NCBI GenBank assembly: GCA_963697165.1
Contig: CAVOMX010000014.1
Span: 49,862-81,861, forward strand
Source: Candidatus Bathyarchaeota archaeon
GTDB lineage: Archaea; Thermoproteota; Bathyarchaeia; Bathyarchaeales; Bathyarchaeaceae
DNA length: 32,000 nt
Direction of reading: 5' to 3'
A model generated the notes under the pieces. It had not been told where the DNA came from and did not search any database. It saw only the letters and a program-made list of their open reading frames with translations. Below are positions 1-8,392 of this stretch, piece by piece. Position 1 is the first letter of the stretch. Every line of letters starts with the position of its first letter. Made by a program: the position numbers and the translations under genes.

Positions 1-124
1 ACAAACTGACTATAGAGAGTAAGGTGAGAATCAAGGCGGCGGTTTTCGCAGATTTTTTGCCAACACCATACACTATTGGAATAGCCAGAGCGGGCAACAT
101 CAGAGCAATTAATAATGTTTGCAT
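1..124 (-). CDS. Antiporter-like membrane subunit (NuoM/NuoN / HyfD-F family). Only the first 41 codons are present and the gene continues past the window start.
   Basis: Hand translation of the reverse complement from ATG at 124 gives MQTLLIALMLPALAIPIVYGVGKKSAKTAALILTLLSIVSL. This is a hydrophobic TM1 typical of the subunit that follows NuoL. It starts 7 nt after the stop of the NuoL C-terminal fragment. Confidence 0.45.
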   Translation of the reverse strand, partial: MQTLLIALMLPALAIPIVYGVGKKSAKTAALILTLLSIVSL

Positions 125-131
125 TTTTGTT

Positions 132-338
132 TTACCTCAAAGCAGTTAATAATAGCAAAATAATGATTAGGAAGAAGCCGAGCATGGCTGCCAAAACAAA
201 GTCAGGTAGTGGTCCACGGTGCATCTTCTTGATTTTCTGTCCGTGCTCAACCGTTTTTCCTGCAAACAGATAGACCAGATTATCCAAGAATGAATCAATA
301 TATTCATGGGTTACCCGCGCAGTCTCCACTGGTTCCAC
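132..338 (-). CDS. nuoL: C-terminal fragment of the NuoL-like subunit (last lateral-helix repeat plus terminal TM helix). It is +1 out of frame with 304..2172.
   Basis: The sequence VETARVTHEYIDSFLDNLVYLFAGKT repeats the 26-aa unit seen twice at the end of ORF 304..2172. It is followed by the hydrophobic tail PDFVLAAMLGFFLIIILLLLTAL. The ORF overlaps the upstream ORF by 35 nt. Confidence 0.6.
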   Translation of the reverse strand: MEPVETARVTHEYIDSFLDNLVYLFAGKTVEHGQKIKKMHRGPLPDFVLAAMLGFFLIIILLLLTALR

Positions 339-465
339 CCGCCAAAATATAGCTTAAGCGGTCTAGGAAAGATTCAAGGTGCACATGTGTGTTGTGAGCA
401 GTAATCACGGCTCCACCAGCTATGATATAAACGAACCTGTCAAGAAATGATTCTATGTAATCGTG
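231..465 (-). repeat. Three tandem 78-bp (26-codon) coding repeats forming the NuoL lateral-helix region. More degenerate copies extend to about 606.
   Basis: The protein units are HDYIESFLDRFVYIIAGGAVITAHNT, HVHLESFLDRLSYILAGG.. and HEYIDSFLDNLVYLFAGKTVEHGQKI. The DNA copies have diverged, so the repeat is clear only at the amino-acid level. Confidence 0.7.
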
Positions 466-2172
466 AGTACCATGGGCAATCCTCAAAGCCCCGCCTGCAA
501 CAAGATAAGGAAATTGTTGCAACCCAGACATTTCAATGATACTGTATGTAACCTGCGCCAAACCCATGACTCCATTCAATAGTTTATTGTAAACGGCATC
601 GAAGTAATAGCCGTTGGATATTAAAAGATAAAGCGGTTTGTTTAAAAAACTTCTTGCAGAAACCATGGCAGTATCTCTCTTCTTGTAGTAAAGATAGTAG
701 GCTGTAGATAAGCCAACAGCGAGGATTATAGCTGATGTTAAACTCGCCAAAATGACGCCATTGAATGAAGCTTCAAAGGGTATCGCAAGGTAATGCTCTA
801 AGGGAGTCTTGAAGAAACCTGCGATACAGGAGGCAGCGGCTAACAGGACAAGGGGTACAGTTATTGTTGGTTTAGGATCATGCAATTGATGGTGCTCAAG
901 ATGCTCTGATTTCTTTCCGAGGAAAACCAGAGATATCCATCTAATACTGTAGATGGCTGTTAACACAGATGTTCCGAAAATCAAAATGAAAAGTGGAATG
1001 TTATTAGCTAAGATTATGGCTTCGAATATAGTGTCTTTGCTCCAGAAACCGCTGAAAGGCGGAATACCGGCAAGCGAAAACGCGCCGATAACACTCACTA
1101 TGAAGGTTATAGGCATCTCTTTTCTTATGCCTCCAAGCTGTTTCAGATCAAGAGTGTGAGTAATATGCATTACAACTCCAGCACAAAGGAACAAAAGCGA
1201 CTTGAAGAGGGCGTGGCTGAGTACGTGGAATTGACTAGCGAACCAGCCTAGTTCAGTTCCTATGCCTAGGGCGGCCATTATCATGCCCAACTGGCTTATT
1301 GTAGAAAATGCTAGAACCCGTTTCAGGTCTGAGCTGGTCAATGCCATGGTTGCTGCAAGGAAAGCCGTGATTCCTCCGATGTATGTAATTGTGGTTAACC
1401 ATGGCTGCACCAAAGAGAAGAGAATGTAGATTCTTGCCACAAGATAGATTCCCGCTTTAACCATTGTTGCACCATGGATGAGGGCACTAGTCGGTGTTGG
1501 TCCTTCCATGGCGTTCGGAAGCCAAACATGTAATGGAAATTGGGCAGATTTGCCTATAGCCCCAATCAACATCAAAACGGACACTGCTAACATTGGAACT
1601 GAAACTTGCCCAGCTGCTATAAGATCGCGGATTTCAAGAAAGTCGAATGTTCCAGTGTTCACGTATAGAAGCAGTATTCCGAGTAGTAGAAAAATGTCTC
1701 CGATTCTTGTTACGATGAAGGCTTTCATGCCTGCCTTGGCTGATTCAGGTCTAGTGTACCAGAATCCGATGAGGGCATATGAGCATAATCCAACGGTTTC
1801 CCAGAACATGTACATCTGTAGAAGATTGTTTGCCATAACTAAGCCAATCATTCCACCGACGAAAAGAAGCATGAAGAAAAAGAATCTGGGAGTTCCTTTT
1901 TCTTTTTCCATATAGTTAACGGAGTAAATCATGATTAGCAGTCCAACACAGGCTGCAATGTTTGCCATCATGATGCTTAACGGGTCGATGAGGACGCTAA
2001 GGTTGATTTTCATGGATTGCATCCAAGGCATAGAATACAGTTGCGCTTCGCCATGAGCGTTGATTACGCTGGGAATAAGCGAGACAGTGTTAACAGCAGA
2101 AACAAGAGTGACTAAAACTGCGTACCAGCCAACGCTTCTACGCCGAAACTTGGCTACCAAAGGTATAAACAA
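304..2172 (-). CDS. nuoL: NuoL/HyfB/MrpA-like proton-antiporter subunit (main body). The C-terminus is interrupted by a frameshift and the N-terminus is probably longer than the TTG call.
   Basis: 622 aa and polytopic, with family-typical stretches WETVGLCSYALIGFWY, AGMKAFIVTRIGD, SAQFPLHVWLPNAMEGPTPTSALIHGATMVKAG and SQLG. It sits after the NuoK-like gene. Confidence 0.85.
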   Translation of the reverse strand: MFIPLVAKFRRRSVGWYAVLVTLVSAVNTVSLIPSVINAHGEAQLYSMPWMQSMKINLSVLIDPLSIMMANIAACVGLLIMIYSVNYMEKEKGTPRFFFFMLLFVGGMIGLVMANNLLQMYMFWETVGLCSYALIGFWYTRPESAKAGMKAFIVTRIGDIFLLLGILLLYVNTGTFDFLEIRDLIAAGQVSVPMLAVSVLMLIGAIGKSAQFPLHVWLPNAMEGPTPTSALIHGATMVKAGIYLVARIYILFSLVQPWLTTITYIGGITAFLAATMALTSSDLKRVLAFSTISQLGMIMAALGIGTELGWFASQFHVLSHALFKSLLFLCAGVVMHITHTLDLKQLGGIRKEMPITFIVSVIGAFSLAGIPPFSGFWSKDTIFEAIILANNIPLFILIFGTSVLTAIYSIRWISLVFLGKKSEHLEHHQLHDPKPTITVPLVLLAAASCIAGFFKTPLEHYLAIPFEASFNGVILASLTSAIILAVGLSTAYYLYYKKRDTAMVSARSFLNKPLYLLISNGYYFDAVYNKLLNGVMGLAQVTYSIIEMSGLQQFPYLVAGGALRIAHGTHDYIESFLDRFVYIIAGGAVITAHNTHVHLESFLDRLSYILAGGTSGDCAGNP

Positions 2173-2233
2173 TGATCCGACAAATGGAATTGCCCAACAT
2201 AGCCAGGCTGCGTACTCGGCTGGAATCAGAATG

Positions 2234-2563
2234 CTAGTTTTCCTCCACCATTTGGTTTTCTTGTTCAGATGGCTGTTCTTTTATTTCCGACAGTTCTCTG
2301 ACATCACGGATATTTAGTTTTTTGTAGATAGAAATAGCAAGTGTAAGAGCAACAGCCGTTACACAGGCGTCAACAGATAAGGCAAGAATCGAGAAAGTTT
2401 GACCTAAAGGATCCCCCATTAATGAGCCAAAAACAACAAAATTCATTGTTGCTGCCGCAGTAAGCATTTCTATTGCGATCAGCATTTTTATCAAGTCATG
2501 CTTTGTAACCAAGCCGACTATTCCAATCGCTAGAATTGTAACAGCCAGTATTATGTAATCCAC
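2234..2563 (-). CDS. nuoK: NuoK/HyfE-like small membrane subunit with an acidic C-terminal tail
   Basis: 109 aa with three TM segments and a membrane-embedded Glu (IAIEMLTAA). Size and position between the J-like and L-like genes fit. Confidence 0.8.
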   Translation of the reverse strand: MDYIILAVTILAIGIVGLVTKHDLIKMLIAIEMLTAAATMNFVVFGSLMGDPLGQTFSILALSVDACVTAVALTLAISIYKKLNIRDVRELSEIKEQPSEQENQMVEEN

Positions 2564-2564
2564 T

Positions 2565-3044
2565 TTAGTTTCTCCTCCGTTCCTCCTTCAAAAGGAGCAC
2601 TACGCCAAGCGCAGCCGTCAAAACGACTAAACCTTGAGCAAGAACATCAATCGCCCTCAAGTCCCATAATGCACTTGATAGTGACAAATCCAATGAGCTA
2701 GTAAAAGTTTGGGTTGCCACAGTTCCAACAACTACTGGAACAGAAAGAATTGCAGAAACAATTAAACCCATGAATATCGTTTTGGTGGATGTTTTCGTGT
2801 CGCTTTTCTTGGTTAACGAATCACCAGCAAGAAGAAAAATCGCTGCAGTTCCAGTGCCTAACGCCAACTGGAAGATTGCAGCGAAAGGCGCATTTAAGCT
2901 AAAGTAGAGCAATGAAAGCAATATCATCATTGTGCTTAGAGACAAAACCGAAGACACGGTTTCCTTCAAGTATATCGCAAAAACCGCAGAGGTCACCATA
3001 CCAATAGCCAGAACTGTTTCAAGCCACATACTATTTTCCCTCAT
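2565..3044 (-). CDS. nuoJ: NuoJ-like membrane subunit
   Basis: 159 aa, multi-TM, positioned between the I-like and K-like genes. It overlaps the upstream gene by 14 nt. The assignment rests mostly on synteny and topology. Confidence 0.65.
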   Translation of the reverse strand: MRENSMWLETVLAIGMVTSAVFAIYLKETVSSVLSLSTMMILLSLLYFSLNAPFAAIFQLALGTGTAAIFLLAGDSLTKKSDTKTSTKTIFMGLIVSAILSVPVVVGTVATQTFTSSLDLSLSSALWDLRAIDVLAQGLVVLTAALGVVLLLKEERRRN

Positions 3045-3426
3045 CTGTAGTAGATTTTTGTTTAATAATAAATTCCTCTGGATTTATCAGCATCTCTTCC
3101 TTTTCTGTTGTTGACATCTCAAAATTTGTGGATAGCTTTATTGCCTCTCTTGGGCAGCTTTCCGCGCATTGATAACAAAATACGCAGCGGTCAAGGTAAA
3201 ACTTTGGCATCCGTTTCCCAGAAACTTCCACAAGTTCTATAGCATTAGCGGGACAGTCCCGCTCGCATAAGCCGCAGCTGATGCACTTTTCAGGATAGAA
3301 AACGTGCCTGCCTCGGTAGCCTTCAGGAGCTTCTACCTTTACAGCGGGATACTCACGAGTGAAGGACTTCTTGAAGATACATGAGCCCATGTCTTTTATC
3401 AGTGATGGTAATCGTAGTTTAGTCAC
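3031..3426 (-). CDS. nuoI: NuoI/HycF-like 2x[4Fe-4S] ferredoxin subunit
   Basis: It has two CxxCxxCxxxCP motifs: CISCGLCERDCP and CVFCYQCAESCP. Confidence 0.85.
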   Translation of the reverse strand: MTKLRLPSLIKDMGSCIFKKSFTREYPAVKVEAPEGYRGRHVFYPEKCISCGLCERDCPANAIELVEVSGKRMPKFYLDRCVFCYQCAESCPREAIKLSTNFEMSTTEKEEMLINPEEFIIKQKSTTDEGK

Positions 3427-3437
3427 ACTTTTTCCTC

Positions 3438-4430
3438 CTAACCAATCACCGACCGCAACAACGGTTCAATAATTATTGTAATAGCAAGAGATAAAATAGA
3501 CAAGGGAATCATAAATTTCCAGTTGCCATGAACAACCTGATCTATCCGTAATCTGGCAGACACATTACCGACATACTCTAGAACAAACACTACTCCAAGT
3601 GTTTTAACCATGAACCAGAAAGCATACCAGAGTTCAGGTGGTCCAATCAGCACGGGTCCATGAGCTCCACCTAAGAACAACATAGTTACAAGAGATGCAC
3701 CAACCAGGAACTGAAAATCTTCTGCAAGTTTTATAAAAGCCAATTTTCTTCCACTGAACTCCGTTTCGTAACCTCCCACAATTTCGGTTTCTGCATGAGG
3801 AATATCGAAAGGATCCTTCTCTAACTCAGCCTGTAAGACAATAATAAACAAGAAACAAGACCAAGGAATCAGAAGAGCAAAAGGAATAGATTGGCTCGCC
3901 GTAATATTCACAATGGACAAGCTTTTTGCAAGAAAAGCGGGACCAATCGCGAGAAGAATAAGAGGTATGTCGTATCCGAGAAACTGGGTCAGAACTCTGG
4001 TTGCGCCAATCCCGCTGTACGGATTCAAAGAAGCCCAACCGGCAAGGAATATAGCAAAGTTTGCGAGAGATACAATAAGCAAAACTAGAAGCAAATCTCC
4101 CTCGAAACTCGAATTCAAAATCACATTTGAACCATCGATCGGGATATAGAAAAGACCAAAAACATAGAGTGAAAACGCAAGAATTGGAGCTGCCACAAAT
4201 AGCAGTTTGTTGGTATTCTTTGGAGTAATATCTTCATTCGAGAACAGTTTTATGTAATCGGCAATGGGTTGAAGAATACCAAATGGACCGGCATAAGAGG
4301 GACCCATACGGTTCTGAAACCGAGCTGCAACCTTTCTTTCAAACCAGTCAAAAAATAGAACTAGCACCAAGAGAAAGATGAAACCCGGAAACACCAGTGC
4401 CCTTACAATAAAAAGGAGATCAATAGCCAT
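3438..4430 (-). CDS. nuoH: NuoH/HycD-like membrane subunit
   Basis: 330 aa and polytopic, with family-typical stretches RKVAARFQNRMGPSYAGPFGILQPIADYIKLF and DIPHAETEIVGGYETEFSG. Confidence 0.85.
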   Translation of the reverse strand: MAIDLLFIVRALVFPGFIFLLVLVLFFDWFERKVAARFQNRMGPSYAGPFGILQPIADYIKLFSNEDITPKNTNKLLFVAAPILAFSLYVFGLFYIPIDGSNVILNSSFEGDLLLVLLIVSLANFAIFLAGWASLNPYSGIGATRVLTQFLGYDIPLILLAIGPAFLAKSLSIVNITASQSIPFALLIPWSCFLFIIVLQAELEKDPFDIPHAETEIVGGYETEFSGRKLAFIKLAEDFQFLVGASLVTMLFLGGAHGPVLIGPPELWYAFWFMVKTLGVVFVLEYVGNVSARLRIDQVVHGNWKFMIPLSILSLAITIIIEPLLRSVIG

Positions 4431-6104
4431 CTAGATCAACGCCTTCCGGTTTATAGAATTGTTTACGTCGTCAAGGCTCCAATGCCATTTCTGACCATTT
4501 TTGGTATCAATGAATGCCATACGGTCAGTGCAAGAAAAGCATGGGTCTAAGCTTCCCATCACAGAGGGAATATCAGCGATGTGGGCACCCCTAATTGCAT
4601 CTGGAAATGCCATAAGGTTAGCTAAGGTTGGAGCTCTGACCTTAACTCTGTAAGGATAGGCGGTTCCATCACTTTTAACATAATGGATAAGCTCGCCTCT
4701 CGGAGCCTCAACACGGCTAACAGCCTCACCTTCAGGTATTTTTCGTTGAACCCTAACCCGCAAACGACCCCCTGGAATGTGACGAAGCGCATATTCTAGT
4801 ATATCCAAGCTTTCCAGTACTTCTTCAGCTCGAACCATCAGCCGAGCCCATGTGTCACACTCCTTATAGCTCACTACATTGAAAGGAATTTCCCCATACG
4901 CCGCGTAAGGGTCATCTTTTCTGACATCAACAGCAATTCCTGACCCACGTGCAACAGGACCAACAACACATAATTTCAAAGCATCTGCTCTGTTCAATAC
5001 GCCGACCCCTTCGGTTCTCATCCTCAATGTCGGGTCTTCATCGAATACCTTCTTGTAGAAAGTCGCCCGTTTCCTGACATCTTTGACTGTCTTCAGAGTC
5101 TTCTCAATTGTACTTGGGTCTATATCTCGTCTTACTCCGCCGATTGTGTTGAACCCGCACATCAGTCGGTTTCCCGTGATTCGTTCGATTATATCCATTA
5201 CAGGTTCTCTGTCACGCCACACATGCTGGAATAGTGCTTCAAAACCAAGCAGGTGACCGCCAACTCCAAGCAATAGGAGGTGACTATGAACTCTGTTTAG
5301 CTCATGTATAATAGTACGTAAGTATAATGCACGAGGCGGAGTCTCAATGTTTCCGATGTCCTCAACAGCTTGACAGAAGACAGTTGTGTGAGCAGCATTA
5401 CAGATACCACAAATTCTCTCCACCAAAAACACGTCTTGGAAGTACATCATGCGCTCAGCCGCTTTCTCAATACCCCTATGAACATATCCAAGACGCGGCT
5501 CAACATCCACAACCGTTTCCCCATCAACTTTGAAGTTGAATCTTTCTGGCTCATGCAAAACTGGATGCTGAGGCCCTACAACGACGTTAATTATCGACCC
5601 AGAATCATCTTCCGCTGATTCAGTCTGCGAAGCTTTCTCAGAACTGAAAGCAATTTCTTGGTTAACCGGAGGCTTCCAATCTTTTCTAAGAGGATAATTT
5701 CCTTGAGGCCAATTCTCAGGAAGCAACAACCTTTCCAGATTTGGATGACCCTCAAAAGCGACTCCTAAGAGGTCAAAGACTTCCCGCTCATACAAATTTG
5801 CTCCGGGCAGGATGTCAGTAATCGTTTGGGTAACAGGGTTTTCTCGAGAAACACGGTTCTTGAGGGTTATGGTTCCCGCACAAGCCATGTGATAGTTTAA
5901 CTCGATCTCGTTTCCTAAATCAACGCCACTTATTGTCGAAAGCTCCACGTCCTCAACTTGTGTTAGGAGCAACGAGATTGCATCTCTGTGACGTTCAGGT
6001 TTAAGAAGAATGTAGGCTTTCCTTGGCCTAGGGACTCTACACTCGAGAATCGAATCAGCCAAATTATTCTTGAGAACTTCTACAGCATTTTCGAACGTGT
6101 TCAT
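4431..6104 (-). CDS. Fused NuoC-like domain plus group-4 [NiFe]-hydrogenase large subunit (HycE/NuoCD architecture). The Ni-Fe ligand motifs are intact.
   Basis: The N-terminal half shows the NuoC signature (LYEREVFDLLGVAFEGHPNLERLLLP...YPLRKDW). The L1 motif RICGICNAAH lies at nt 5388-5417 and the L2 motif DPCFSCTDR at nt 4521-4547; I re-translated both from the DNA. A 29-aa extension follows the Arg. Confidence 0.85.
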   Translation of the reverse strand: MNTFENAVEVLKNNLADSILECRVPRPRKAYILLKPERHRDAISLLLTQVEDVELSTISGVDLGNEIELNYHMACAGTITLKNRVSRENPVTQTITDILPGANLYEREVFDLLGVAFEGHPNLERLLLPENWPQGNYPLRKDWKPPVNQEIAFSSEKASQTESAEDDSGSIINVVVGPQHPVLHEPERFNFKVDGETVVDVEPRLGYVHRGIEKAAERMMYFQDVFLVERICGICNAAHTTVFCQAVEDIGNIETPPRALYLRTIIHELNRVHSHLLLLGVGGHLLGFEALFQHVWRDREPVMDIIERITGNRLMCGFNTIGGVRRDIDPSTIEKTLKTVKDVRKRATFYKKVFDEDPTLRMRTEGVGVLNRADALKLCVVGPVARGSGIAVDVRKDDPYAAYGEIPFNVVSYKECDTWARLMVRAEEVLESLDILEYALRHIPGGRLRVRVQRKIPEGEAVSRVEAPRGELIHYVKSDGTAYPYRVKVRAPTLANLMAFPDAIRGAHIADIPSVMGSLDPCFSCTDRMAFIDTKNGQKWHWSLDDVNNSINRKALI

Positions 6105-6110
6105 AGTTTG

Positions 6111-6524
6111 CTATCCCTTCAATTTTCCAAGTAATTTCGCGACACCCTGCACTATTGCTTCGGGTTTTGGAGGACACCCCGGAATATAAACATCAACAGG
6201 AATTATCTCATCGAGACGCTTACTCACACCGTAACATCCTTGAAATATTCCTCCGGAACAGGCGCAGGCTCCTATTGCTAGAACAAATTTTGGTGAGGGC
6301 ATTTGCTGATAAATCATCTCGAGTCGTGGTGCACACTGCTTAGTAACAACTCCGGTTACCACAAGAACGTCTGCATGACGAGGTGAGGGCTCAAGTTTCA
6401 CACCGAAACGTTCAACATCGTATCTGGGCGTCAGCAGCGCAACAACTTCAATATCGCATCCATTGCATGCTCCGGTATTGAAGTGAAGCAGCCATGGCGA
6501 GTTTATTCTAGCCCATTTCACCAA
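6111..6524 (-). CDS. NuoB/HycG-like [4Fe-4S] small subunit (hydrogenase-type cysteine pattern)
   Basis: 137 aa with TGACNGCDIE, AIGACACSGG and IPGCPPKPE, the cysteine pattern of group-4 hydrogenase small subunits. Confidence 0.85.
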   Translation of the reverse strand: MVKWARINSPWLLHFNTGACNGCDIEVVALLTPRYDVERFGVKLEPSPRHADVLVVTGVVTKQCAPRLEMIYQQMPSPKFVLAIGACACSGGIFQGCYGVSKRLDEIIPVDVYIPGCPPKPEAIVQGVAKLLGKLKG

Positions 6525-6541
6525 GCCTAAGTCTGGCGTCT

Positions 6542-6865
6542 TTAGTAGCCTCCCATAAGCAGTAGGTCTGCTGCTAAAATTATACCCAAATAAATTAACA
6601 AAGAGAAGGGGTTGATAATCTCTAGAGCTAAGGCTGCAAAAGCCAATATCAACGCAGGGGAGTCTATTATAACAAAGAATATGAGGTACTTATAGAGAGT
6701 AACATTAACCAACAGCCTTTTTGAGAACACTTTTTCTCCACATGCATACATTGCGCTTTTTTCTTCGTTAGCAGGAGATTTTTTTGTTAACAAGCCGCTG
6801 GACAAGTAAATCAATGAAGCAATGAACAAGATAATTAGAAAAGCAACAAGAGACTCTACAAGCAA
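6542..6865 (-). CDS. nuoA: NuoA-like three-TM subunit (divergent), first gene of the operon
   Basis: 107 aa with three TM helices. The loop motif YACGE matches NuoA YECG, and FFVIIDSP matches the NuoA FLLFDVE region. It has a TTG start and is preceded by 520 bp of AT-rich non-coding DNA. Confidence 0.5.
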   Translation of the reverse strand: MLVESLVAFLIILFIASLIYLSSGLLTKKSPANEEKSAMYACGEKVFSKRLLVNVTLYKYLIFFVIIDSPALILAFAALALEIINPFSLLIYLGIILAADLLLMGGY

Positions 6866-7387
6866 AACTTATTCTCACCCATTCAGAAAGACTGTAATGT
6901 ATATTCAGCATCTATCACTGGAATCATGTTTACTACGTTTATAGCATTTATCGGTCTTCGTGCCTCAAAATGTTGTTTCGATTTCAGTTGGGACAAACAG
7001 CAAGCTAACAAGACAGCTAAAACCGACGAGTTGGTAAATGTGAAAAGCATTAGTTTTGTATGCGTTTCTGAATACCTCCGCCTTTGAGACGGGAAGTAAA
7101 AACTTAGGATTTAAGGATTCCGTATAATAAAATAGAACTAAAATAAAAAATTATATTCAATTAAATATAATTAAGTTCATTTGTTGCATATAAGCTTTTT
7201 TTGCGTACACATGAACATCCACTAGGAAATCCTGAAGAACCAAAATCAGAAAAGCACATAGACTAACACCGAACAAAACCACACAAAATAATAAAAGAAG
7301 GGGGTAACAAAAAAATTCAAAAAATCAAGTTGGTTCAGCGTTTTATCTCTTCTAGAATGTTATTTTCCGAGCACTAGCCCGTAGTGG

Positions 7388-8176
7388 CTAATTTGAAAGA
7401 GATTCAATCACACCTTTCATTGCTTTGGTGTTGTGCATAAACTCTAATTTGATTGGCGTAACAGATACACAATTACCATTCTTGATGGCATGTAAATCCG
7501 TTCCTGGTTCTCCGTCGGGATAGTGTCTTAACGCCCAGCTTTTGATTCTGTATCCATTCTTTACTTTTGTGTGTATGTCGCCGTAACCATCATAACACAA
7601 ACTTGTAAGTTTTACATTCTTGCAGTCAGCGTTTTCTGGCACATTTATCGAGATAATGTCCACGTCCGGCGGCATCCCCTCTTCTATCACATGTTTAGCG
7701 GCTTTATAGCCCAAAGAGGCAGCTAGTTCCAAGTCCGTCACCGATACTTTATTTTTCTCAGGGGATTTATCGGTGATTTCGGATATACAATAAGAAACGG
7801 CGATGGCGGGTATGTTGTGAATAGCGGCTTCAAAGGCGGCTCCGACAGTGCCTGAAGTCAGCACGTCATCTATTCCAAGGTTTGGACCTATGTTTATTCC
7901 GGACACAAGCAAGTCCGGCATCCTTTTCATGATTTTGTTCACTGCTAATAGAAAAGAGTCGGCTGGTGTACCTGTTATTGCGTAAGCTTTTGTTCCGTCT
8001 CCAAAACTAGCCTCTGATATTTTCACTTGACCGATACTGATGGCTTTTCCGACACCGCTCCTTTCGTCTCCTGGAGTAACAACTATCACATCTCCCAGTT
8101 TTTTTAGTTGTTTTACGAGAATGGATAAGCCAATAGAGTTGATTCCGTCGTCGTTGATTACTAGGATTGTCGGCAA
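7388..8176 (-). CDS. surE: 5'/3'-nucleotidase SurE
   Basis: The N-terminus ILVINDDGINSIGL and the later GINIGPNLG match the SurE family. The 262-aa length also fits. Confidence 0.9.
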   Translation of the reverse strand: MPTILVINDDGINSIGLSILVKQLKKLGDVIVVTPGDERSGVGKAISIGQVKISEASFGDGTKAYAITGTPADSFLLAVNKIMKRMPDLLVSGINIGPNLGIDDVLTSGTVGAAFEAAIHNIPAIAVSYCISEITDKSPEKNKVSVTDLELAASLGYKAAKHVIEEGMPPDVDIISINVPENADCKNVKLTSLCYDGYGDIHTKVKNGYRIKSWALRHYPDGEPGTDLHAIKNGNCVSVTPIKLEFMHNTKAMKGVIESLSN

Positions 8177-8392
8177 AGTGATTCCTCAGTTTGCTTTAGA
8201 TACGATGTTCCGTTATTTTAGGGTATTCTTGCGTCCAGGAGAGTTTTCTTTTTATTGTGTAATTGTTTTTGTCGTGATTGGCATTCTAGTGTATATGTTG
8301 TCCAGTGGACATATATCGGTTTTTGTTACATATTATCGAATGAAATAGTGTATATTAAGTAATAAGATATAGATATGTAGTAGGGTAGAACA

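Noticed and set aside
953-6343. Plus-strand and nested ORFs inside the respiratory operon (953..1159, 1478..1915, 2060..2317, 2932..3114, 3826..4038, 3891..4088, 3913..4149, 5327..5533, 5370..5618, 6155..6343)
   Set aside because: All lie antisense to, or in alternative frames of, strongly supported membrane or catalytic subunits, and all have biased composition.
1-6865. Annotation of the operon as NADH:quinone oxidoreductase (Nuo)
   Set aside because: The subunit order is Nuo-like, but no NADH-oxidising E/F/G genes are present. The C/D and B subunits carry hydrogenase-type metal ligands, so an NADH dehydrogenase label would over-interpret the homology.
6883-7050. 55-aa minus-strand ORF (MLFTFTNSSVLAVLLACCLSQLK...) just upstream of the NuoA-like gene
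   Set aside because: I considered it as an extra small subunit. However, it has no convincing ribosome-binding site at proper spacing, is below the size where composition is informative, and shows no recognisable motif. It is left uncalled.
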